In this document: positions 17,500 to 26,530 of the stretch, one piece after another
How the letters are laid out: each line of letters begins with the position of its first letter
Position numbering within the stretch: the stretch's first letter is position 1
Virus record (IMG/VR): IMGVR_UViG_3300035140_000027
Location: 1 to 47,636 of that record
Direction: 5' to 3' (one strand)
Origin: a virus
Lineage: Duplodnaviria; Caudoviricetes
DNA: 47,636 nt
Notes under the pieces: model-generated
Database searches by the model: none
The model's input: the letters and a program-made list of their open reading frames with translations, nothing else
What the model was told of the DNA's origin: nothing
Program-made: the position numbers and the translations under genes

Positions 17500-18020
17500 A
17501 AAACAAGATTAACAAAAGAGGAAACCTGGAAGTCGAACGCAATGGAAAGAAGAAAATCAAGATTGTACAGGAAACCTTTTCGCAGCTTATCCAAAGACTA
17601 TCTGAGCTCGACGGACTCTACTGGATGGACGCTGAGACGTGCCCGGATAGATATACGGCGATTTTGGAGCTGAGGGAACACATGAGTTGCTTACGAGATG
17701 TCCATGAATATGAGTGGGCCGAAAACGCCGAAATAGCCATGAAAGAAATAGACAAATTCTACGATACCAAAGGCTGGCAGCCCACAGAACAGGACTACCT
17801 GGAGTGCTGCGGAGTGTGGGTGCTAAAGGGGAATGCTAATATTATAAAAGTCACCACGCTCAGCATGACTGCATTTCATAGTCGCTCAGAATTCGACGAA
17901 ATATTTGATGAAATCTGGGAAAAAATCGAACCCATGCCCAAACAATGCATCCCTAAGGAAGAACCGCCGAAGGAGTCGTATCGGATCAAGTATCCACTTT
18001 TGGCAGGGGTGATCGAATGA
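17496..18020 (+). CDS. Hypothetical protein
   Basis: ATGA-coupled, 174 aa. Confidence 0.55.
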   Translation: MKNKINKRGNLEVERNGKKKIKIVQETFSQLIQRLSELDGLYWMDAETCPDRYTAILELREHMSCLRDVHEYEWAENAEIAMKEIDKFYDTKGWQPTEQDYLECCGVWVLKGNANIIKVTTLSMTAFHSRSEFDEIFDEIWEKIEPMPKQCIPKEEPPKESYRIKYPLLAGVIE

Positions 18021-18679
18021 AAACAACCTACACGACATTTACTCGGGATATGGCCAGAGCATACCGCGATGGCCGGAAGAAGATGACGCGGCGGGTTATC
18101 AAATGGCCGAAGTGGTTAGACCCATCTTTGACAGATACGTCATTGGAAATAATCGCCGAGATAATCAACTCAAATGAGTATCGTGGTGTGTGCGACGGGG
18201 TTGAGCATCAATACCGATGCCCATACGGCAATCCAGGTGACCAACTCATCCTCGGTACGACGTGGGCTGTATCTGCAGAATTCGATCGGTTTAAGCCGAC
18301 CGAATTGACACCACATTATACGTGCTCTCCAGAACCATTAAAGATATGGTCTTATTTCGACAGCGATGAGAAACCAAATTGGTGTGGTAAGCTCCGGCCT
18401 GGTCGATTTCTGCCTGGTTTTCTCCGTGACCAGATGCCGAAGGAGACACTGACTGTTGTCCGGGCTGAGCGCGTGCAGGAGATAACGGACATGGAGGCCA
18501 TTCTGGAGGGTATTTTTGAGACACCAAGGGATCCTGGGTTTGATTGCTGGTCAACGTACGGCATGCGCGACTACTACCCTACACCGAGAGATGCATTCAA
18601 GGCGCTTTTGAATTCGATTAATGCTGGCAGAGGTTACACGTGGGAGAGCAACTCATGGAATTGGGCTTTGGGGTGGTGA
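18017..18679 (+). CDS. ASCH/PUA-like phage protein
   Basis: MARAYRDGRKKMTRRVIK, CPYGNPGDQL, VRAERVQEITDMEAILEG, WESNSW. Confidence 0.75.
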   Translation: MKTTYTTFTRDMARAYRDGRKKMTRRVIKWPKWLDPSLTDTSLEIIAEIINSNEYRGVCDGVEHQYRCPYGNPGDQLILGTTWAVSAEFDRFKPTELTPHYTCSPEPLKIWSYFDSDEKPNWCGKLRPGRFLPGFLRDQMPKETLTVVRAERVQEITDMEAILEGIFETPRDPGFDCWSTYGMRDYYPTPRDAFKALLNSINAGRGYTWESNSWNWALGW

Positions 18680-18680
18680 G

Positions 18681-19088
18681 ATGAAAAAGAAACTCCGATG
18701 GAGATATTATTGCGACTACTGCAATGCGAGTAGAGGCACGCGACAGTCAATGGAGCACCACGAAGAGCGGTGCACGATGAATCCGAATCGAAAATGCGGC
18801 CTGTGCGGTATCCGCTATGGCGGATATGGATACTTGGATGAATGCCTCGATGTTCTGAATCCATATCTGGAATTGGCTGAAACAGGAGAGGATCTTCCAA
18901 GGAGCGTTGCTGATAAACTGAGAGAGGTGTCAGATGGCTGTCCGGTATGCATCTACGCTGCGTTAAGGCAACGTGGTTTTATGTCGCTTCAGCTGCCAGG
19001 GTTCAATTACGAGTCCGAATCGAAATCAATGTTCGATGATGCCATGGACGACATCCATCAAGAAAAGATGAATGCCTCGATGTTCTGA
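18681..19088 (+). CDS. Cys/His-rich Zn-finger protein; C-terminus made by the duplication
   Basis: YYCDYC...HEERCTMNP...CGLC, GCPVC. Confidence 0.65.
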   Translation: MKKKLRWRYYCDYCNASRGTRQSMEHHEERCTMNPNRKCGLCGIRYGGYGYLDECLDVLNPYLELAETGEDLPRSVADKLREVSDGCPVCIYAALRQRGFMSLQLPGFNYESESKSMFDDAMDDIHQEKMNASMF

Positions 19089-19258
19089 ATCCATATCTGG
19101 AATTGGCTGAAACAGGAGAGGATCTTCCAAGGAGCGTTGCTGATAAACTGAGAGAGGTGTCAGATGGCTGTCCGGTATGCATCTACGCTGCGTTAAGGCA
19201 ACGTGGTTTTATGTCGCTTCAGCTGCCAGGGTTCAATTACGAGTCCGAATCGAAATCA
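18837..19258 (+). repeat. 192-bp perfect direct duplication (18837-19028 = 19067-19258)
   Basis: Base-by-base identity, 38-bp unique spacer. Confidence 0.95.
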
Positions 19259-19271
19259 CGGAGGTGAAGTG

Positions 19272-19514
19272 ATGATCTGTACGAGATGTGAAGGCACTGG
19301 ATTCATAGACTGGGATGAGCGATGTGAATTATTGAGCTTAGAACACTCCATTAAATGGATTTTAGAGCATCCAGATACAGACATGCGAGTGTGCGACTGC
19401 TGTGGAGACGGTGAACACTGGTACGGCGAAGCAGGTATGCACTATGGACCAGATGACCCTCCGGGTCCATACGGTCCGTATGACTACAATGGTGGTCTAT
19501 GCGAGTGTCACTGA
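19272..19514 (+). CDS. Small Zn-binding protein (CxxCxGxG motifs)
   Basis: CTRCEGTG, CDCCGDG; SD ggaggtg. Confidence 0.6.
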   Translation: MICTRCEGTGFIDWDERCELLSLEHSIKWILEHPDTDMRVCDCCGDGEHWYGEAGMHYGPDDPPGPYGPYDYNGGLCECH

Positions 19515-19571
19515 TAAAGCGAGTAATAACGAAGACGAGGAAGACGATGGGTAAGCTTACTGGATGCAAAG

Positions 19572-19916
19572 ATGACAACGAAAATTGAATTAGAAATATC
19601 CGACGATAACGAAAGCACATCATATCCATGGTGGGTGATACTGCGACCTGTTTGGGCGACACGCAAGCGACTGTCCAGTGCCGACGTTTCAAACGCAGTT
19701 GAGGGTCCGTTTTTCAGCCGAGAAGAAGCACAGGTCGAACTAGATTCTAGACGTTATTACTACGGAAAACAGGCAGTAGTATGGTGTTTGTCAGGATGCA
19801 ATTCAAGTCAATACAGGATCGCAATTGACGGTGTCGAGAAAGTAGCGGAATTCAAAAAGCTATTGGATAAGACGACACATGTTACAGATAGAGATCTGCA
19901 CACACCATTAAAGTGA
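19572..19916 (+). CDS. Hypothetical protein
   Basis: PWWVI...GPFFSREEA...YYYG...VWCLSG. Confidence 0.6.
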   Translation: MTTKIELEISDDNESTSYPWWVILRPVWATRKRLSSADVSNAVEGPFFSREEAQVELDSRRYYYGKQAVVWCLSGCNSSQYRIAIDGVEKVAEFKKLLDKTTHVTDRDLHTPLK

Positions 19917-20125
19917 GGAAAATGAAAACCGTGAAAATAACAATTGAAGTCGAGGTGCCAGATGATGCATCTCAGGCAGCTGTAGACGACATTGGTCAAC
20001 CGTGGTCATTTGGTGGTAATGCAGAAATTTTTGATTGCGACAGTTTCGGCCAAATTTGGACCGGAAAAAACTGCACCCAATGTCGTGTTATCAACTGGCG
20101 CGAAACACTCACGGAGGTGAAGTGA
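19913..20125 (+). CDS. Hypothetical protein
   Basis: Coupled ORF. Confidence 0.5.
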   Translation: MRKMKTVKITIEVEVPDDASQAAVDDIGQPWSFGGNAEIFDCDSFGQIWTGKNCTQCRVINWRETLTEVK

Positions 20126-20349
20126 TGAGCATACCGGATCCAATTGAGATAATGGAACGAATACAAGAAGAAGCTATAGATAGAATTGTGATCATAGATG
20201 GAATTGAATACTACCCATGCGATGATTGCGGGAAAGCGACGCCACTCGATGACATTGTATGCATGGACCCATTAGGTGTGTCAGGCGGCATCTGTGGAGA
20301 TTGCTTGGATAGATGGATAGAAGAAAGGGGAAAAAATGAGACCAGATAA
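20125..20349 (+). CDS. Zn-ribbon hypothetical protein
   Basis: PDPIE N-terminus, CDDC...CGDC; SD ggaggtg. Confidence 0.55.
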   Translation: MSIPDPIEIMERIQEEAIDRIVIIDGIEYYPCDDCGKATPLDDIVCMDPLGVSGGICGDCLDRWIEERGKNETR

Positions 20350-20641
20350 ACCAGGATTATATTGGTGGGAAGATGACTGCGGACGCTATCACGTTGCAGA
20401 GTTTGACGAGGAAATGGAGACCCTTGATTCTTGCGATACTGGTTTTGTTAGTCCAGAAAAGTTTGAAAACTCGGCCTGTTTTATTCGATGGGTAGGCACG
20501 GCGCATCCTCCGAAGAAGGTTGATAGATATCAAGCTGGCATGTTTCCTATGGATCTACCAATAAAACCTCACGAACGTGGCCCGTTAGTACTTTATGTCG
20601 ACGTCAAAGAGTTCCTGCTGAAGGGTGATGAAAATGGCTGA
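20336..20641 (+). CDS. Hypothetical protein with PDKPGLYW motif
   Basis: Similar to 15588-15875. Confidence 0.55.
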   Translation: MRPDKPGLYWWEDDCGRYHVAEFDEEMETLDSCDTGFVSPEKFENSACFIRWVGTAHPPKKVDRYQAGMFPMDLPIKPHERGPLVLYVDVKEFLLKGDENG

Positions 20642-21116
20642 AAAATCAAAGATAGATAATGTTAGACGCGGAAACTTCGGTCCTAAAAATGGTTTTTGGA
20701 AGGGCGGTAAAAGCATAGCCAGCAACGGATATGTGTTAATCAGAGTTGGCGTAAATCATCATCTATCTGATGTCAGAGGATATGCTTATGAGCACCGCTT
20801 GGTTGCTGAGCAAAAGATCGGAAGAAGACTGATAAATGGAGAGATAGTCCATCATAAAAACGGGGACAAGAAAGATAATAGACCATGCAACCTCGAGGTC
20901 GTGACTGGCAATTGGGATCACTATGTGAAGCACAGAAGTAGGACAGATCTCAGGTTTCCAGACGAAGAAAACCCGATAGTTGAATGTGAATGCGGATGCG
21001 GTGAAACATTCAGAAAATATGATGCTGGAAATAGGCCAAGGAGATTTGTTTCCGGACACAACATGCACCCAAAATCTAGAGAGGAACAATGCAGTCAACA
21101 AAAATTGAATATCTAA
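20634..21116 (+). CDS. HNH homing-type endonuclease
   Basis: WKGG...GYV, YEHRLVAE, VHHKNGDKKDNRPCNL, C-terminal CECGCG...FVSGHN. Confidence 0.85.
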   Translation: MAEKSKIDNVRRGNFGPKNGFWKGGKSIASNGYVLIRVGVNHHLSDVRGYAYEHRLVAEQKIGRRLINGEIVHHKNGDKKDNRPCNLEVVTGNWDHYVKHRSRTDLRFPDEENPIVECECGCGETFRKYDAGNRPRRFVSGHNMHPKSREEQCSQQKLNI

Positions 21117-21973
21117 CTCATACATGGAACCCTTTTGCGATGAGATGCACGCCAATGAGCGAAGGATGCGCGAACTGTTGGCACATCAAAATGGCGAATC
21201 GACTTCGTGGGTATTACAGAAATATGCCAGCAGAGAAAACAGACTGTTATGCAAAGTTTCAAGCATACATGGGCGGAGATCCATGGCTGAACACAAAGGA
21301 GTTGTCCGCGCCGTTCTCGGCAAAAAAGCCCGCTGTCATCGGGGTTCAGTTCATGGGGGACCTGTTCCATGAATCGATCACAAACGAGCAGATAGCGGCC
21401 GTATTCGGCGTGATGGCGGCGACTCCGCAGCATCAGTACGTGGTTCTCACGAAGCGGCCGAAGCGGGCGTTGCAGTGGTTTGAATGGATGTCTGCTTGGG
21501 CGAAGGCCTCAGGCATCAAAGATTACGAAGTGAGAATATCGCTGGCCCAATTGGATAACTTGATAGATCGGCGCCATCACGTAGTCTATCCTGAGTGGCC
21601 CCTCCCGAACGTCATCATCTGCGCCAGCGTGGAGAACCAGAAGGCGGCAGATGAGCGCATGCCGCTTTTGCTTCAGATACCGGCGAGGTGGCGCGGGGTG
21701 AGCGTTGAGCCGATGTTATCTGGGATTAATATAGGGCCTTGGTTGCTTGACGAAGACGGTTTAGACGTCGATGGAGGTTGGCCGCAAAATCATGATGGCC
21801 TCGATCTCGCCATCTGCGGAGCAGAGACCGGCCCTGGTAAGCGGAATTTCAAGGACGAGTGGGCGCTTGATCTACGTGATCAGTGCAAGATAGCAGGCGT
21901 TCCATATTTCTTTAAAAAGGACGGTTCCGGAAACGGTTCTCTTTGCGGCGTCGAATACCAAGAGTGGATCTAG
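21089..21973 (+). CDS. Phage Gp37/Gp68 family (DUF5131) radical-SAM-like protein
   Basis: TWNP, CTPMSEGCANCW, MGDLFHE, LTKRP, SVENQ, SVEPML, GAETGP, PYFFK. Confidence 0.9.
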   Translation: MQSTKIEYLTHTWNPFAMRCTPMSEGCANCWHIKMANRLRGYYRNMPAEKTDCYAKFQAYMGGDPWLNTKELSAPFSAKKPAVIGVQFMGDLFHESITNEQIAAVFGVMAATPQHQYVVLTKRPKRALQWFEWMSAWAKASGIKDYEVRISLAQLDNLIDRRHHVVYPEWPLPNVIICASVENQKAADERMPLLLQIPARWRGVSVEPMLSGINIGPWLLDEDGLDVDGGWPQNHDGLDLAICGAETGPGKRNFKDEWALDLRDQCKIAGVPYFFKKDGSGNGSLCGVEYQEWI

Positions 21974-22094
21974 AGGATTGAAATGCAAGATCCATGCTTT
22001 GGCTGCTGTCCCGATAAAAGAAAAGGCGGGAGGTGTCTTGGATGTTGCCTTGGAAGAGAGGATGCAGAGATGAAAATAGGAGAAATGGTTTATG

Positions 22095-22514
22095 TCACAG
22101 TGCCGTGGCCGGGCGGACCGAAGAGCGAAATTGCAAAGATAACGCGTATTGATGAGAATACAGCGTCATTTGGTCCGAGGTGGAAGATGACAACTTAGCC
22201 ATCTCCTTCCCGCAGTTCATTACATCCTGAATAGTCGTCGCTTCCATAATGCATTCCACCGGCAGGATTCCGGCCATCAAGACAATGTCGCAGTAGGCCC
22301 CAAATTGGGCGTTCTCCGGCATGCGCTGTGTTATGTGCGTTTCCACCGCTTCCGATACCAACGCCGAACAGACGGCGTTCTGCATGCATCCTACTTCAAT
22401 CAAGTGGGCCTTCATCGCGTCGCACGTGGGCGCCGCTTCCGTAACTGACATTTGTGTTGCTGCGCAGCCGAAAAGCGCGACGGAAGCAGCTATTGACAAG
22501 AACAAGATTCTCAT
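22095..22514 (-). CDS. Cys-rich lipoprotein at the end of the late operon
   Basis: MRILFLSIAASVALFG-C lipobox; SD aaggag. Confidence 0.65.
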   Translation of the reverse strand: MRILFLSIAASVALFGCAATQMSVTEAAPTCDAMKAHLIEVGCMQNAVCSALVSEAVETHITQRMPENAQFGAYCDIVLMAGILPVECIMEATTIQDVMNCGKEMAKLSSSTSDQMTLYSHQYALSLQFRSSVRPATAL

Positions 22515-22575
22515 ACTTTTTTCTCCTTTGGCGGGCGCCTTGCCCGCTTTGTTGTAATGCTGACCGAATTGTCCC

Positions 22576-24048
22576 CTATCTCAATCCTGGGGCAATGATT
22601 CGGCAAATGTAACCGTCCCTTGCGCAATACCACATATCGTGCCCGTCAAAGAGCAGCCGGCCTGCTTCGTATTCTTCGATAACGTTTGATGAGATACCGG
22701 TGATCACCATGTCCACGGTGTAGTCCAGATACGTTATCATAGCTGTGTTTGACTCACAAAACAACGTCGCAGGTATCTTAGCGAATACAAGTCTACGATA
22801 TGGACTATAGTCAAAAATTTCTACAAGCTGAGCCCATACGTTGACGCCGTCGAAGCCAAGAACTGTACTATACCCAGACGCCGTATACGAAATGGAACTG
22901 TGATTGGTCAACTTAATGCAATACCTCACCACATTTTCGGATTTCACAAACTGATAAAAAAAGCCAAATGGTGATGAGATGACAATTGAATTACCGATGT
23001 TGAGCAGCCCGCATGGTATTCGGCAATCCTGCCCCGAAACAACGGGCGATCCGATATTAACAAGTCCGTAATCTGACGTAGTTGGATTGGATATACGCGC
23101 CGAACACAATCGAGCTTGTGTTTCGCCGCCGCTTGAGTCAGTTGTCACCCAAAACACATGGTCCCCGTCGCTTATCAGACGGCCATGCATTGGATCGGAA
23201 TCTGCCCCGCCGCCGCTGCCTTCGCCTAGCATTACGGTGCCTGTTCCGGACCTGGGGATAATGGCGACTACGCTGTACCCGAGAGAGAACGTGTATGCGA
23301 TGGATACAGCGAGAAAGGTATCATTGGCGATGATGATCTTGTGATACTGCGTTGATGGATCAGAACTTGCGGTTGGATCGCTGATGCTGGTATCCAGTGT
23401 CCAGGCGTGAGACGGCGGATAGTTTGCAAGGCTGAATGCAGATACCATGTAATTAAGTGTAGAACTGTTAAGCCATAGAACATAAAGATAGCTCCCGTCG
23501 CAGCAAAGGGATCGCACCTGGTTTGGTGTCTCGGGAAACGATAGGCCAAGCGGACTTCCGATTACAGGGGCGTACGTGTAGTCCATGCAGCCGGTCACCC
23601 GGAGTATGTCATCGTTTTGGTTGATCACAAACAGGCAATGCTGATTTGTTGACCGATCCCAGCCGATGCAAGAGTCTTTAAACGTTGCACTGGCGTCCAT
23701 GGCGTAGTTTGGAAACGCGTCCGGACGGTGCCACAGCGAATTTTCCCTTATTAACCCTGTGCAAATATTCGCAGGGGTCGTTGCAGGTGCCCGCGTCGAG
23801 CGGGCCCAGCGCTTATCCATGGCGTTGACGATGTCCGACTGTATCGCCGTATCAGCAGCACCGGATGGCACTATCCCAGCGTCTTGCACCAGCTTTTGGC
23901 ATGCTCCGTGGGAATCTTTCGCCCAGTCTTCGTCAAGCGGCGTTCCGTCTGTTGCGCCGGATACCGAGCGATTCCGGAAGGTCCCATATGGATACTCCGA
24001 TGAGGAGTTTGCTGCGCGGCCAGGATAGGTGTCGGGTAGTCTGAGCAT
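22576..24048 (-). CDS. Tail fibre / receptor-binding-like protein
   Basis: N-terminal YPYG...DGTPLDEDW...AGIVPSGAADT anchor-type segment; beta-rich repeats (FDG..VW, FDG..MW); late operon position. Confidence 0.65.
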   Translation of the reverse strand: MLRLPDTYPGRAANSSSEYPYGTFRNRSVSGATDGTPLDEDWAKDSHGACQKLVQDAGIVPSGAADTAIQSDIVNAMDKRWARSTRAPATTPANICTGLIRENSLWHRPDAFPNYAMDASATFKDSCIGWDRSTNQHCLFVINQNDDILRVTGCMDYTYAPVIGSPLGLSFPETPNQVRSLCCDGSYLYVLWLNSSTLNYMVSAFSLANYPPSHAWTLDTSISDPTASSDPSTQYHKIIIANDTFLAVSIAYTFSLGYSVVAIIPRSGTGTVMLGEGSGGGADSDPMHGRLISDGDHVFWVTTDSSGGETQARLCSARISNPTTSDYGLVNIGSPVVSGQDCRIPCGLLNIGNSIVISSPFGFFYQFVKSENVVRYCIKLTNHSSISYTASGYSTVLGFDGVNVWAQLVEIFDYSPYRRLVFAKIPATLFCESNTAMITYLDYTVDMVITGISSNVIEEYEAGRLLFDGHDMWYCARDGYICRIIAPGLR

Positions 24049-24051
24049 AGT

Positions 24052-24294
24052 TCACCTCATAAAAAGTGCGGCGAGTCCAATATAGGAACCGATTAGGCCA
24101 ACGACAGTAAGCCATGTACCGGTTCTCCAACGGCGTTGGCCATCAATCCTTGAGTATATACCATTGACGTCATCTTTAATTTCTCGCCGCAAATCTCCAA
24201 TTGCGCCTGTCAAATCCTTCGTCATTTGGGCGTATAGCTCTTTCGCCGCAGCCTTCACGACATAATCAATGAGTGTTTTCTGATCGTCGGTCAT
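24052..24294 (-). CDS. Small coiled-coil plus C-terminal TM protein (holin/XhlA-like candidate)
   Basis: Single C-terminal TM WLTVVGLIGSYIGLAALFM. Confidence 0.45.
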   Translation of the reverse strand: MTDDQKTLIDYVVKAAAKELYAQMTKDLTGAIGDLRREIKDDVNGIYSRIDGQRRWRTGTWLTVVGLIGSYIGLAALFMR

Positions 24295-24496
24295 TTCGCG
24301 TCATCCTACTGATCTTCCGGTAGCAGTTTTTCGAGCGCCATGATTGCTCCGCTTAAGCGCTCAACACGAGCTATCGACAGGCCAAGCTGCTGTTCTTGGG
24401 ACACTTTGATTTTCAGGGCGCTTTGCATCTCTTGCTGGTATATATCAATCTGATCTTTGACTGTCTTCACTGCGATATCGGTCATTTTGTGTCCTT

Positions 24497-25216
24497 TCAT
24501 ACCAACATTGATCTCGGAATCCACGGTTTGTCACCGTGGGACGTGAACGTCGAAACAGATGCATGGTGTGACTGTTTGACGATGGATTGCTGTGGAGCGT
24601 ACGCCTTGACGCGATACGGCAACTCGGGCCAGTCCGGCTTCGAAATCTCATTGTCGCGCAGCGACTCAAAGCACCTGAACGGTATCTGCCAATCCGTTTG
24701 AAATACATGATGCGGATTCATGGAGAGCCGCGCCATTACTGCGCAACGGCGCGACAGAGCATAGGCTGCGAGGGTACGTGGCAATCGCACTTGACCGTCT
24801 TCCCACGTCGATACGCGGCACCCTTTATGGTCCGTTCCGAGGAGATAGAACCAATCTGCATCGTCCGGAACTTCGATTGCGCGGACGTCTCCGATCGGCT
24901 CCGTATCGTCCTCGATAATGATCCCCCATTCGTCTCCGGATGTCAGAAAATCAGAAATGGCCCGGAGGTGGGAACGGTTGCAGCCGTAGGCCGTTGGAAA
25001 CATCTGGAAGTACCGAAAGTGCTCCGTAAGCACATTCGAGGGAATATTGCCCCATTTCGGACGCCCTTGGTCGTCGTAGGTGCCGTCTGACCATCGCATT
25101 CCGTCTATAGCCGGGATGCGAATAAGCTCGTTGTCGAATGCTCGGCTGACATCATTCCACCTGTCCGTAGAGCGATCGAGGTTGATGCAGCGTATTTTCA
25201 GGTTTTTTAGTATCAT
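24497..25216 (-). CDS. Glycosyltransferase family 25-like
   Basis: CINLDRSTDRW, RIPAIDG, GCNRSH, IIEDD motifs. Confidence 0.85.
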   Translation of the reverse strand: MILKNLKIRCINLDRSTDRWNDVSRAFDNELIRIPAIDGMRWSDGTYDDQGRPKWGNIPSNVLTEHFRYFQMFPTAYGCNRSHLRAISDFLTSGDEWGIIIEDDTEPIGDVRAIEVPDDADWFYLLGTDHKGCRVSTWEDGQVRLPRTLAAYALSRRCAVMARLSMNPHHVFQTDWQIPFRCFESLRDNEISKPDWPELPYRVKAYAPQQSIVKQSHHASVSTFTSHGDKPWIPRSMLV

Positions 25217-25219
25217 TGT

Positions 25220-26527
25220 CTAACTCGTTGCTGTCATTGATGTCTGGGATATGACGCCCTCGACTACAGCGACATGCGTTATGGTTTCTCCTGATGTATT
25301 GGATGTCGTAATCCGTAGATTAAACTCACCGCCTCCTGGGGTACCTATGCCCTGGCATGACGCGAGAGCCGCCCATGCAGGGCCGCCCTTTGAAGATAAT
25401 AATACGGGCGACTCAGCCCCAGCGTCCGATCCGTGGTAGCCATTGCAATTCCATATTACGAAATGAGACTCTCGATCCTGCCAATTATTGTAAACACTAG
25501 GCGTTGCAGCATATACGGAAGATAACACCGTTATGCGGATGAACATTCTGAATCCGTCTGGAAGCGTAAACGTATGATCGGATCCGCTGTAAGTCGGTCG
25601 CAGCACCGCGGTTTCGTCTCCGATTGTCTCGGTAACCAAGACCCAATTGCATACTCTCTGGCAATTGCCACTCACAGAATGATGGCGATCTCGCGCTGTG
25701 AACCTGGCCCCCTCCCAAAATGCAACCGCATATTGTCCGCGGACATCGGCGTAATCGTAGCCGCAGTCCAGTTCGTTACCGCGTGCTGACACGTAATCTC
25801 CATCAACATTTATGGTGTTTCCGGCAATTAGCGGAAAATTACCATCGGCAACAACGCCGCCGCCGGCAATCAGGCCGAGAATCACACCGGTGTTGACGTG
25901 ACCGACCAAGGATCCCCATCCGATAGCGGAGGTACTCAGACACATTAATCCGTTGGAATTTGAGATGTCTGCGTTGCCGGCTACAATCAGATCTGAGCAA
26001 CCGCCTCCAGTGATACTGAGTTCTTGCGAATCGTCGTTTGAAATGGCAATCGTTTCGCCGGCCGAGTTGTCAAGCGTGACGAATTGCCCCATCGTTAAAT
26101 GCTTCCATGAGAGCGTCCCGCGCTTGCTGTCGGCACTTGTTGCACCGGTTGCCGCAATGGTCAGAGTCGGGTCATTTCGAGATGGGGGTGCCAGGTTTGT
26201 CGAGTCGTCGGCAATGTCACAGACCAGCAGATTTCGGGCCGAGCTGTCCACCGCAATCTTCAGGGAGTCACGGGTCTGTGCAGTGTCGAACGACAGTTTC
26301 ACCTGACCGCTGTTGCCGAGCTCAAGGTATTCCCAGGATCGGATATTTTGCACAATCGCCGGCTGACTCTTTGCAAGACACCGGTAATAGCTGCCACCGT
26401 GATCGCGATATGCCAATACCCTAAAACCCAAATCTGGATCGCTGTTCGAAGTGAAGCAGAGTTGACCATCCTCGATGTTTTCCGGGAGGTCATTTATGTG
26501 CAGAATATGTCTCTCTTCAACTGCCAT
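25220..26527 (-). CDS. Putative tail fibre / spike protein
   Basis: Follows the baseplate genes; Gly/Ser/Thr-rich beta-type composition. Confidence 0.5.
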   Translation of the reverse strand: MAVEERHILHINDLPENIEDGQLCFTSNSDPDLGFRVLAYRDHGGSYYRCLAKSQPAIVQNIRSWEYLELGNSGQVKLSFDTAQTRDSLKIAVDSSARNLLVCDIADDSTNLAPPSRNDPTLTIAATGATSADSKRGTLSWKHLTMGQFVTLDNSAGETIAISNDDSQELSITGGGCSDLIVAGNADISNSNGLMCLSTSAIGWGSLVGHVNTGVILGLIAGGGVVADGNFPLIAGNTINVDGDYVSARGNELDCGYDYADVRGQYAVAFWEGARFTARDRHHSVSGNCQRVCNWVLVTETIGDETAVLRPTYSGSDHTFTLPDGFRMFIRITVLSSVYAATPSVYNNWQDRESHFVIWNCNGYHGSDAGAESPVLLSSKGGPAWAALASCQGIGTPGGGEFNLRITTSNTSGETITHVAVVEGVISQTSMTATS

Positions 26528-26530
26528 TTC

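Noticed and set aside
19203-19271. N-terminal extension of ORF 19203-19514
   Set aside because: Comes from the duplicated segment; the SD-supported start is 19272
15118-20128. Short direct repeats as a CRISPR array or integron attC sites
   Set aside because: Only two copies each, hundreds of bp apart, with no regular spacers, cas genes, integrase or attC-like palindromes
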